Assembly (NCBI GenBank): GCA_944372115.1
Contig: CALVYH010000003.1
Coordinates: forward strand, 28,172-92,171
DNA: 64,000 bases
Direction: 5' to 3'
DNA from: an uncultured Bacilli bacterium
GTDB lineage: Bacteria > Bacillota_I > Bacilli_A > RFN20 > CAG-826
Of the stretch, positions 8,385 through 17,817 are shown piece by piece (positions within the stretch are counted from its first letter, which is position 1; each line of letters starts with the position of its first letter). The notes under the pieces are model-generated. The model worked only from the letters and a program-made list of their open reading frames with translations. It searched no databases and was not told the DNA's origin. The translations under genes were made by a program, and so were the position numbers.

Positions 8385-10574
8385 TTATTCAGCTAATCTA
8401 ACATTGTCACAAACGATTTGGATATTTCCGTTGTAATCACTTCTAACACATGTGAAGGTAATCTTATCACCAACTTTTAAGTCTTTAGTAACTTCATTTG
8501 TTAACCAATCTTTTGGATTTCCAATTGAATATTTACCACTACCATTATAGTTATATGAAATTTTACCATCTTGTGCTGTTGCACCATAAACTGCTACTTC
8601 AAGACCACTTTCATCAGTAACAACCATATCACCATATTCAGTAGCGCCAGGTTTATTAGTTGCCCATGATTTAATTGTAGCTGTGACCTCATAGATATAT
8701 TGACCAGAAGCAGTTGCACTTGTTGCAGATAATGGAGCACCTTCAACAACTTCTTTTAATGTTGCTTTTGTTGGAGCAATTCTTGTATCGTTTGTAGCTG
8801 CTAAAACACCAACGATTTCTTTTGTATCTTTATAATCTGATCTAATTGCGACCATTGAAATTGTATCGCCGACTTTTAAATCTTTAGTATTTGCGTGAGT
8901 ATTAGCATCTTTTGGATTACTGAATTTATATTCACCAGTTGCTTCATCATAACTTAAAGCTGTATAAGTAGCACTGATTCCATATACAAGAATTTCTTTA
9001 GTTGCATCTTCTTCGTCAACTAAAATGATATTTCCGAATTGATCGATTGCTGTTTGATCACCTTTACTACCAAATCCTTTAATCTTACCTCTAACGACAT
9101 AAGCTTGTTCTTTAGTATTTTGAGCTTCTAAAACTTCAGCTACTGAAGCATGGAGATAATCTGGTTCACCTTGTCTAACTGAAGCAGTTAAAGTAACAAC
9201 ACCAATAGCACCTGATTCTGTTGAAGCACTAATTGTAACAGTTCCTTCACTAACACCAGTAACTAAACCATTTTCATCAACTGTAGCGACTGAAGAATCT
9301 GAAGTTGCCCATGTAATTGTTTCACCTTCTAAAGAAGCGGTGAGTTGTAAACTACTTCCAACAAATAAGTTACCTGTATAAGTAATATCAATACTTGTTG
9401 CTTCTTGATATGGTTCATCAACAACTTCGATTAAGCTTGAATCAACTAACATTAAAGCTGCACCATCAGTAGTTTGCATGTCATTATTGTCACCTTCCCA
9501 AACTACTTCTTTATTCATAGCTTGCATACCAGTGATATTAACAGTTTTTTCACCATTTGAATCTAAGGCTTCTTTTAAAACATCGTAAGCAGCTTTTTTA
9601 GCTTCCATATTGCTATTGTATCTATCAGCATAGAAGAACATTTCAGCACCTTTATATTCTAAAGTTGCAACTACATAATCACCTTCAGTAACTTTACCAT
9701 CAAAATGATTATCAACTAATTCAACACTTGTAACTTTAGCGCCTTCAACTCTAGACATAGTTCCATATGTTGCTTGGGAAATAAATCCTGGGTGACCTAA
9801 AACACTGAATTCAGCTGGAGCAACGCTACTTGCATCTTCTCCACTTAAAATAGTAATTTGTGCATCACTACCTTTAATTTGTTTTGTTCCATTGTATGGT
9901 GAAGAAGTACCACTAACTTCAACGATATCACCAACTTTTAATCCACTTGGAACTTTATTCTTTTTAATATTATAAATCATGAATCCATGATTACCTGATT
10001 GAACAAGAATTCCATACCATTGATCATCATCGCCATCGATAAATCCAACAACTTCACCTCTAACAGCAACTAATCCGCTATTTGGAATATCTTCGATTGC
10101 AATAAGATTTTTATTATTATCGATTGTTAATGTATATGTTAATGAGGCACTTGCGTCATTTAATGTAGCTGTAGCTGTTAATTTTACAGTACTAGTTGTT
10201 CCAAAATCTCCCCAAACAGGTCTTAATTCTAAGTGTGTTGAGCCATTAGAAGAAACTGTTTCTTCTTCTAAAGTGCCTTGAGCATAGTCCCAATCAATTG
10301 CAACATCATAAGTATTACCGCTATCTGATAAATAACTATAAGATGTTTGAGCAATAAGGTAACTTGCAGCCTTTTGTTCGAGTTTGTTGGTGACTCCGTA
10401 TGAATCATCTCTAATTGGAGCAGCTTTATTATCTGTAATAACTGCGGAAGAATTTAAAACAGCTTTAACGATATCTTCATCTGTCATTGTTTCGCTAGCT
10501 GGTTTATCTCCACATGAAGCAAGAACTGCACCTGCACTTAAAACTAAAGCGAGTAATAATTTAGTTTTTTTCAT
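8385..10574 (-). CDS. multi-domain surface lipoprotein: Ig-like domains plus several OB folds (putative nucleic-acid binding)
   Basis: Lipobox LAS-C; OB signature VRGEVV...ILVQSGNHGFMIY...LKVGDIVEVSG...YNGTKQI; Big_2 repeat TWATSDSSVATVDENGLVTGVSEGTVTI; two C-terminal repeats sharing VYG...NPKD...TKDLKVGD...RSDY. Confidence 0.75.
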   Translation of the reverse strand: MKKTKLLLALVLSAGAVLASCGDKPASETMTDEDIVKAVLNSSAVITDNKAAPIRDDSYGVTNKLEQKAASYLIAQTSYSYLSDSGNTYDVAIDWDYAQGTLEEETVSSNGSTHLELRPVWGDFGTTSTVKLTATATLNDASASLTYTLTIDNNKNLIAIEDIPNSGLVAVRGEVVGFIDGDDDQWYGILVQSGNHGFMIYNIKKNKVPSGLKVGDIVEVSGTSSPYNGTKQIKGSDAQITILSGEDASSVAPAEFSVLGHPGFISQATYGTMSRVEGAKVTSVELVDNHFDGKVTEGDYVVATLEYKGAEMFFYADRYNSNMEAKKAAYDVLKEALDSNGEKTVNITGMQAMNKEVVWEGDNNDMQTTDGAALMLVDSSLIEVVDEPYQEATSIDITYTGNLFVGSSLQLTASLEGETITWATSDSSVATVDENGLVTGVSEGTVTISASTESGAIGVVTLTASVRQGEPDYLHASVAEVLEAQNTKEQAYVVRGKIKGFGSKGDQTAIDQFGNIILVDEEDATKEILVYGISATYTALSYDEATGEYKFSNPKDANTHANTKDLKVGDTISMVAIRSDYKDTKEIVGVLAATNDTRIAPTKATLKEVVEGAPLSATSATASGQYIYEVTATIKSWATNKPGATEYGDMVVTDESGLEVAVYGATAQDGKISYNYNGSGKYSIGNPKDWLTNEVTKDLKVGDKITFTCVRSDYNGNIQIVCDNVRLAE

Positions 10575-10589
10575 AATTTTAATTTCCTC

Positions 10590-11999
10590 CTAATTAATAT
10601 GTTCGCTTATATAATTTTTATATTCACTTGCTTTGAAAAATGGGAATTCAATTTGATATGAAACATCATCGGTATCGTTATATTGGAAAATTCCTAATAA
10701 AACATTAACATCATAAGATTTCCCTCTTTTAAATACAGTTCTAATTGTAGATTCTGAAGAGAAGAAATTATGATTTTCACAGCGAATATTAAGGTCAATT
10801 CCATTGCATTTTGCATGAATTGTAAAGGTAGAAGCATCAGTTTGTGATTGATAAACGAAATCATCGCTATCTTCAATAGTAATTGTTGTCTTAACAAGGT
10901 TTCCAGCATAAGGATCAAAAGAATCAACATTTGTAATTAAACTTGGATCCATATAAACAGGGTCTGTATTATAAACATAACCTAATTCTTCAGCTTCTTC
11001 TTTTGTTGTTGCTAAAATTTCGAATGGATAATGGTCGTTATTAAGCTTTACGTCGGTTAATTGCATATTTCCATAATATTTCGTAATTTTCGCATAAAAA
11101 CGAATAATGTCTCCAACCTTTACACCGGCACTCTTATATTGAGTGAATGCAAAAATTGATGCAGGAACAACATCGTCATCCGCAGGATTAACATCTCTTA
11201 CATAGAAATCACTTCCGCTTAAAGCAATAACTTGGCCAATAATTCTTAATTGTTTTCCACTACTTGCAGTTGCATCGTCAACTCCAAGAGTATCAAAATT
11301 TTCTTTAGCATTTGAAATAGTTGTTTCAACTACTTCACCACTAGAGTCAAAATCACAGTCTTTTTCTCCATTAACTCTTCTTCCCTTAGCAACTTCTTGT
11401 GCTTCTTGGAAAGCTTCATAATATCCATCTAAGATACGAGAATTTTGATTTAATAAATTAATTGAATATCCTTGTTCAACAATTTCTAAATTTAATAATC
11501 TAAAATCTTCACCTTCGCTTGGTTGATACCAAACAAATCCCATATATCTTCCGCCACTAGAATCGAATTTTTCAAACATATCTAAATCATTGACGACAAC
11601 GATTCTAGAAGCGTTAGTTAATTTTGATTTTGTGAAATGGGAAGCTTTAATTCCCCATTCTTGGATTGCACCAGTAGATTCAGGTGTATCTATACCTTCA
11701 TATCTAAAACGGAATCTTGCTGTTGCTGATTCATCATTTAAAGGATAAAAGTTAGTAGTATCTCCATCAGTATTAGATGCTAAACTAACTTCCATAATCG
11801 CTAATCCACTAGTTGCAGTTAAAAAATTATTATTTGGAATACTACCCTCATTTGCAAACTTAAAAGAATCAGTTACAGGAGTATCATACTCAGTATTTGC
11901 CCCACAAACATCATCTTTTTGCTTCTCGCCACAAGAGGCGAGAGCAAAAGATACAAATAGAACAGAAATAATATTTTTAAATAATTTTTTCATTTTCAT
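10590..11999 (-). CDS. thermonuclease (SNase-family) lipoprotein with C-terminal OB folds
   Basis: Lipobox LAS-C; DGDT, RYEGIDTPE, GRYMGFV, LNLEIVEQGY; then FYVRD...VKVGDIIRFYAKITKYYGNMQL OB fold. Confidence 0.9.
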   Translation of the reverse strand: MKMKKLFKNIISVLFVSFALASCGEKQKDDVCGANTEYDTPVTDSFKFANEGSIPNNNFLTATSGLAIMEVSLASNTDGDTTNFYPLNDESATARFRFRYEGIDTPESTGAIQEWGIKASHFTKSKLTNASRIVVVNDLDMFEKFDSSGGRYMGFVWYQPSEGEDFRLLNLEIVEQGYSINLLNQNSRILDGYYEAFQEAQEVAKGRRVNGEKDCDFDSSGEVVETTISNAKENFDTLGVDDATASSGKQLRIIGQVIALSGSDFYVRDVNPADDDVVPASIFAFTQYKSAGVKVGDIIRFYAKITKYYGNMQLTDVKLNNDHYPFEILATTKEEAEELGYVYNTDPVYMDPSLITNVDSFDPYAGNLVKTTITIEDSDDFVYQSQTDASTFTIHAKCNGIDLNIRCENHNFFSSESTIRTVFKRGKSYDVNVLLGIFQYNDTDDVSYQIEFPFFKASEYKNYISEHIN

Positions 12000-12031
12000 A
12001 TTTTTAATTTAAATAAATAATAAACACTTAA

Positions 12032-13546
12032 TTAAGCAGGAATATTATTTGGGTTTAATTGATAATATGTATCAAGTAAATCGTACCAGTAATCATCGCT
12101 TGCCGCTTCTTCTTCACTAGCTCCTTCACAAGCTGCCATAATACCAGAAACGTTACTTCTAATTGATGATGAACCAACAAAACCTGGATCAACATATTGA
12201 GTCCAACCTTCTCCACCTTGATAAACATCAAAGTTTAATTTAACAGCATCTCTCATTGTTTTTGAAGTGCCAGTTAATGATTCATCAGTTAAATAATCTT
12301 GATAAACAGTTGATTCATAAGCATCTGTTGTAACAGGGATATAGCCAGTATTTTTAGCAAATGTTGCGTTAACTTCTGGATCATAAGTTAATGTTTTTAA
12401 AAGATCAAATGTTTGAGCTCTGTTTTCAGCATCTACATTTTTAAACATAACTAAGTTAGTTCCTTGAGAAATAACATATTTACAATCTGGTTTATCAGCA
12501 TTATATGGTAATGGGTTAATTTCAACTTCAATACCATCTTGGACACAGTTACTAACACCAGCGGATGAGCCAATTGTGAAAATTGTTTTATAAGCCTTAA
12601 ATGGTGTAGATGTATAACTTGATTCACCAAATGTTGATGGAATACCGATTAATCCTTCTCTGAATAATCTATTAAAGAATTTAAGCATTTCAACAGTTTC
12701 TGAACTCTTATATTGCATATAGCCTTGAGTTTTACCATTAGGTAATGTTTCAACTGTTGTATATGTGCCACCCCATTGTCTAACCATAGTAATAAAGAAG
12801 TTTGCTTGAGAGTCATAAGAACAAACTCTAAAGTCATTCTCACCGACATTAGTTAAATCAATAGCAACATCTTGTCCTGCTTCACCAGCAGCAACAGCAT
12901 TTTCATAAACTACACCGTCAGCGCCAATAACTTTATTGAAAGCACCTGTTTCTTTTAAAACTTTAAGAGTGGCTAAACCGAAAGTTTCCATTTCTTGCCA
13001 TGTTGTAGGGACAGTTGTAATTTTATCAGCACCTGTTTTGTTTGCTGTCATTTTAACTAAAACATCAATAAATGTTCTATTTGTTGTTAAAACTTCAGTT
13101 GATTTATTAAATGGTAAACCCATTACATGTTCTGGAACGATTTCTAAATTTTCTTGTAAATAGTTTGAATAGAATTTATCTAAATCCATATCTTGCTCTT
13201 CGATTGTTGAAGTTAAATCAAATAAAATACCTGATTCTTGATATTGAGCCATATGATCTGGATAAGCAACGGCTAATTGTGGATAAGTTCTAGTAGAAAC
13301 AGAACCAACAATAGCAGCAAGTAAGTTATCATAACCACCTTGTCCAGTATGAACGACTTCCCAACCTTCGTGATCAGCTTCGTAATCATTTAAAATATTG
13401 ACTAATTGAGTTGTCATTGATTCACCGAAACCAGTCCAAATGTTAATTGTCTTGCTTCCGCCAGTAGTTGAACCTTGATTACAACTTGTTAATGCAAATA
13501 AACCAATTACTGGAACTGCAGCTAACAATTTAATTTTTTTGTTCAT
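12032..13546 (-). CDS. CUT1 ABC importer extracellular solute-binding lipoprotein (UgpB-like, copy 1)
   Basis: Lipobox LTS-C; INIWTGFG, YPQLAVAYPDH, GLPFNKSTE, VPTTWQEM, SQGTNLVMF, TGYIPV. Confidence 0.9.
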   Translation of the reverse strand: MNKKIKLLAAVPVIGLFALTSCNQGSTTGGSKTINIWTGFGESMTTQLVNILNDYEADHEGWEVVHTGQGGYDNLLAAIVGSVSTRTYPQLAVAYPDHMAQYQESGILFDLTSTIEEQDMDLDKFYSNYLQENLEIVPEHVMGLPFNKSTEVLTTNRTFIDVLVKMTANKTGADKITTVPTTWQEMETFGLATLKVLKETGAFNKVIGADGVVYENAVAAGEAGQDVAIDLTNVGENDFRVCSYDSQANFFITMVRQWGGTYTTVETLPNGKTQGYMQYKSSETVEMLKFFNRLFREGLIGIPSTFGESSYTSTPFKAYKTIFTIGSSAGVSNCVQDGIEVEINPLPYNADKPDCKYVISQGTNLVMFKNVDAENRAQTFDLLKTLTYDPEVNATFAKNTGYIPVTTDAYESTVYQDYLTDESLTGTSKTMRDAVKLNFDVYQGGEGWTQYVDPGFVGSSSIRSNVSGIMAACEGASEEEAASDDYWYDLLDTYYQLNPNNIPA

Positions 13547-13604
13547 TTATAATTTTCCTCCTTGAACAACACTTTTAAATATATCTAATATGCGATATGC
13601 ATTA

Positions 13605-14654
13605 TTAGCCTTTAATACCACTTCTAGAAACACCTCTCATAATATACTTATGGAAGAATATAAAGAGGATAAATAGTGGCAAAGTAACAACAACGGAACC
13701 AGCCATTTTACCTGGTTGGTTATCGCTAAATTCTGAAGAGAATGAAGCCATTAATCCGTTTGAAACTAATCTAATATCATAATCATCGCCGAAAATAACT
13801 GAATGTTGAATTCTTCCATTAGCAACAAGTTGAGGCCAAACGTAAGCATTCCATCCACCCATCAGCGAAAGAATAATAATTGTAACAATAGTTGGCATAC
13901 CGATTGGAATCATAACTTTTAAAAGATATTTCCAGTCTGTATAACCATCAACTTTAGCAGCTAAATATAATTCGTTAGGAATTTGTTGGAACGTTTGTCT
14001 TAAATAGAAAATATAGAAAACAGAAACACCATGTACCAAAATAAGTGCATAGAATGTATTTTCCCAATTAAATTCCTTGACCAATGCATAATTAGTAATA
14101 ACCATCATTTCACCAGGAATCATCATAGTTGCTAAAATAACTAAGAAAAGTGCATTTTTGCCTTTAAAATTTAATCTTGCAAAAGCAAAAGCGGCTAAAA
14201 CAGAAGTAATAACTGTAACCAACATTCCGCCTGCTGCACTAATAAATGTATTCAAAAAATAAATCCAGAATGATGTTTTTTCTTGAACAATTCCTAAATT
14301 ATCAACATATGTTGGAGCAAAAACCGAAACATAATTTTCAAAAGTAAAAGGAATTGGCAAAAGTGTAATTGTATTATTGCTCTTATTCATTTCAAATGTT
14401 GTTTGAGAAATGAATGATGTTGAAATCATAAAAAGGAATGGTAAAAGAATAAAAATTGCAAAGACAATTAAGAAAATATACATTAAAGTTTGCGAAAAAA
14501 TTAATTTTGGTAAATAACTTTTACCAATTGTATATTCACCTTGTTTCTTATTACCTCTATGTTCGAGACGATATCTCTCACTTTCAGCTAACTTTTTATT
14601 ACCAGTTTCTAAGTAAGCTTGTAATTCTTGTTCACTCTTAATAGCGTTTCTCAT
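13605..14654 (-). CDS. CUT1 ABC permease (UgpE/MalG-like, copy 1)
   Basis: AAFAFARLNFKGK, IPNELYLAAKVDG, WNAYVWP; C-terminus KYIMRGVSRSGIKG. Confidence 0.92.
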   Translation of the reverse strand: MRNAIKSEQELQAYLETGNKKLAESERYRLEHRGNKKQGEYTIGKSYLPKLIFSQTLMYIFLIVFAIFILLPFLFMISTSFISQTTFEMNKSNNTITLLPIPFTFENYVSVFAPTYVDNLGIVQEKTSFWIYFLNTFISAAGGMLVTVITSVLAAFAFARLNFKGKNALFLVILATMMIPGEMMVITNYALVKEFNWENTFYALILVHGVSVFYIFYLRQTFQQIPNELYLAAKVDGYTDWKYLLKVMIPIGMPTIVTIIILSLMGGWNAYVWPQLVANGRIQHSVIFGDDYDIRLVSNGLMASFSSEFSDNQPGKMAGSVVVTLPLFILFIFFHKYIMRGVSRSGIKG

Positions 14655-14666
14655 TATAAAACCTCC

Positions 14667-15911
14667 TTAATAGTGGACTCTTTTCTTACTAACAGCAAAT
14701 TGAATGGCTGTAATTAAAAGAATAATAATTAAAAGTACAATACTTCCTGCGGCAGCATACCCTGGATTTAATGGATTTATTTGTTTCATATCGCGATATA
14801 AATAACCGACAACCGTAATCCATTCAACACCTTGATATCCACCAAAGAAATAGTTGTTTTGTGAAATATAAATCGATCTAACATCAGTATACATTTTGAA
14901 TGCACCAATGAATGATGTTATTGTAATATAAAGAATTTGTGGAGAAAGTAATGGAACAGTGATTTTTCTAAAAATTTTTGCTCCGCTTGCTCCATCAATT
15001 CTGGCAGCATCATAATATTGCTTGTCAATTGTAGATAATCCTGAAAGGAAAACTAAAATTTTGAAAGCCATTTGATTCCAAACTGAATAAGTTACAATAA
15101 CAACTCCTTGAGCCCATCTTGGAGCACCTTCTGTAACCCATTGTTGATTCAAACCAAAAAGAGTATTAAATAAGCCACCACCAACAGCTCCATTGGTATA
15201 GCTTGTAAAAATAAGGTTAAAAACCATACCTAATGCAATTGTATTTGTAACATATGGTAAAAAGAAAACAGTTTGAAAAAATCCCTTTAAAAACTTAATT
15301 CTATGAATAAAATAAGCAATTAAAAGGGAAACCAAAATGGTTAATGGAACTTCTAAAATAACAAGTTCAAAAGTATTCCATAAACTCTTAATGAATAATG
15401 AGGTAGGAATATTTTGACCAAATAAATTAATTGAATAACTAGTATTACTAAAAAGATATGTAAAATTTCCAAAACCAAAAGTTGTTGGATAAGGAGCTTC
15501 AGTACAAACAATTCCACTTCCTCCAACAGCACTCATATCTTCGCAAATTGTTGAATTTCCTTTAATGATATTAGCAATTGAGAAAGAACCTGCTCCGTCT
15601 ACCCATGTAAAATCTTCGGTAAAAGCGATAATGAAGCTATTAAAGATTGGATAAATCATGAATAAACAGATTAAAATGAAAGCAGGAATTAAAACCAAGA
15701 AAGCTAAAAGGTTTTGATTCATGTGGAATAATCTTTTTTTTGCTTCTAATGGTCTATTAATATTAAATTTGCATGTTCCGTCAGCATTATAATAATAAGA
15801 TTCTTCGTGCCCTCTATGTCTTAATCTTAAATATAAGTTATAGAAGGATTCTTTTACTTTGTTGAAGAAACTATTTTTCTTACTCGCATTATTTTCCATA
15901 ACAATTACCAA
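14667..15911 (-). CDS. CUT1 ABC permease (UgpA/MalF-like, copy 1)
   Basis: FQTVFFLPYVT, IDKQYYDAARIDGA, ITVPLLSP; N-terminal extension and enlarged first extracellular loop. Confidence 0.92.
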   Translation of the reverse strand: MVIVMENNASKKNSFFNKVKESFYNLYLRLRHRGHEESYYYNADGTCKFNINRPLEAKKRLFHMNQNLLAFLVLIPAFILICLFMIYPIFNSFIIAFTEDFTWVDGAGSFSIANIIKGNSTICEDMSAVGGSGIVCTEAPYPTTFGFGNFTYLFSNTSYSINLFGQNIPTSLFIKSLWNTFELVILEVPLTILVSLLIAYFIHRIKFLKGFFQTVFFLPYVTNTIALGMVFNLIFTSYTNGAVGGGLFNTLFGLNQQWVTEGAPRWAQGVVIVTYSVWNQMAFKILVFLSGLSTIDKQYYDAARIDGASGAKIFRKITVPLLSPQILYITITSFIGAFKMYTDVRSIYISQNNYFFGGYQGVEWITVVGYLYRDMKQINPLNPGYAAAGSIVLLIIILLITAIQFAVSKKRVHY

Positions 15912-15914
15912 AAA

Positions 15915-17699
15915 TTAATAAATTCTTTCTCCAGTTTCTTCAAAAACATAAATACGTTTAGCAGAGAAATTTAAGATTTCTTTACCAACACATTCTTTTG
16001 CAAGTTCTGAAGAAATAATGATTTTGACATGTCCTTCTTCAAGTCCAACAACATCACCAATAACAGATATATCTCTACCGATATGTTCGATATTAAAAAC
16101 TTTAACTGCAATTGGTCCGTTTGGATCTAAAACGAAGGATTCAGCTCTAATACCAATTTTGCATTCTCTAATAGGATTTAAACGTCCTTCTAAGGAAGCA
16201 ATAATCTTTTCTATTCTCTCTTTTGATTCCTCTGAATCAATTCCATTTGAATTTCTTAAAATTTCAATTTGATAATCTTTAATTTTCTTTGTGCCTTCCC
16301 AATCGCTATCTTTATATAAATCTTCGATTTGATGTGCAAAAGGAATAACATCAATTGCAACCTTAGCTTTTTGAACGAGTTTTTTAATTTTTTTAAGTCC
16401 GTTTGGAGAAGATGCCGCTTCAACTTCTTCTATTTCTTTTAAAACTGCATTAACAAGGACTTTTTCTTCATCGTTATTAGTTTTAACTCTACTAACTTCC
16501 ATTTTTCCTCTAGCAATTGCAATTTTATCTTTAATATTTAAAAGTATTTTTTCGACTTCATCCTCACTTGCAGAAGAAATGTTTTGAACTTCGCTGTTAT
16601 AAACATCAATAACGCTTTGATCATCATATTTGCAAAGAGATTTTTTAATCTTTTTAAGACCTTTTAAAAGTTGTTTGTTCTCAATTGATGGTAATGTAGC
16701 GTTTAAATAACAATCAAATTCAGGTAAAGATTGGTTATTTTCTTCATTGTTTGCTTTTTTATCTTTTTTAGTTTCGAATTCGTTTATACCAGAAATAATA
16801 TTTGTGCCGCAAACATTACAATATTTACCATTATGAGAAACAACATTACCACAATTAGGGCAGATAACCTCTTCAATGTGTACTTTGTCTAATTCTGGGG
16901 AAGATAAAACTTCTTTTTCCGCCATATAAAGTTTTCCGTTTTCAATTCTTCCATCAAAAACATTGATTGCAGGTGTACCTAAGAATTTAGCAACGAATAA
17001 ATTAGCAGGTTCATCATAAACTTTTTGTGGCTCATCTTTTTGTTGAACAATTCCATCTTTCATAACAACAATAAAATCAGAAATTGACATTGCTTCTTCT
17101 TGGTCGTGTGTAACGAAAACTGTTGTAATTCCAGTTTCTTTTTGGATTCTCTTAATTTCTTCTCTTGTTTGAAGTCTTAATCTAGCATCAAGATTTGATA
17201 AAGGTTCATCAAGTAAAAGGACTCTTGGTCTTTTTGCTAAAGCTCTGGCAATAGCGACTCTTTGTTGTTGACCACCAGATAATTCTTTTGGTTTTCTATC
17301 TAATAATTTTTCAATATTAACAATTTTTGCATTTTCAAGTGCAATAGCACATTTTTCATCAAATGTAAGTTTAGGGACGACATTATCTAAAGGGAACATA
17401 ATGTTTTGTCTAACATTAAAGTGTGGGTAAAGAGCATAGTTTTGGAAAACTAAACCAATACCACGATTTTCTGGAGGTACGTTGGTAACATCTTCATTAC
17501 CGAAATATATTTTTCCTTCGGTAGGATTATGAATTCCAGCAATCATATAGAGAGTGGTTGATTTACCACATCCAGAAGGTCCTAAAAGTCCACACAATTT
17601 TCCATCAGGAATATCGAAAGTCATATTATTAACAGCAACTGTTTTAGCGCCTTTCTTTCCTTCAAATGTTTTAACGAGGTTTTGAATCTTAACTTCCAT
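15915..17699 (-). CDS. CUT1 ABC ATPase (UgpC/MalK-like, copy 1) with zinc-ribbon/helical insertion
   Basis: GPSGCGKS, LSGGQQQR, DEPLSNLD, THDQEEA; CPNCG...YCNVCG insertion before the terminal GIRAE TOBE segment. Confidence 0.93.
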   Translation of the reverse strand: MEVKIQNLVKTFEGKKGAKTVAVNNMTFDIPDGKLCGLLGPSGCGKSTTLYMIAGIHNPTEGKIYFGNEDVTNVPPENRGIGLVFQNYALYPHFNVRQNIMFPLDNVVPKLTFDEKCAIALENAKIVNIEKLLDRKPKELSGGQQQRVAIARALAKRPRVLLLDEPLSNLDARLRLQTREEIKRIQKETGITTVFVTHDQEEAMSISDFIVVMKDGIVQQKDEPQKVYDEPANLFVAKFLGTPAINVFDGRIENGKLYMAEKEVLSSPELDKVHIEEVICPNCGNVVSHNGKYCNVCGTNIISGINEFETKKDKKANNEENNQSLPEFDCYLNATLPSIENKQLLKGLKKIKKSLCKYDDQSVIDVYNSEVQNISSASEDEVEKILLNIKDKIAIARGKMEVSRVKTNNDEEKVLVNAVLKEIEEVEAASSPNGLKKIKKLVQKAKVAIDVIPFAHQIEDLYKDSDWEGTKKIKDYQIEILRNSNGIDSEESKERIEKIIASLEGRLNPIRECKIGIRAESFVLDPNGPIAVKVFNIEHIGRDISVIGDVVGLEEGHVKIIISSELAKECVGKEILNFSAKRIYVFEETGERIY

Positions 17700-17817
17700 A
17701 AAATAAGCATCCTTTTAAATTATTGAATTACATTTTAACATTTTAGAATACTAAAAAAAATGTAAAACTTTATAATCTTAAAAAACTAATATAAAAAAAG
17801 AAAATTTTCGATAATTA

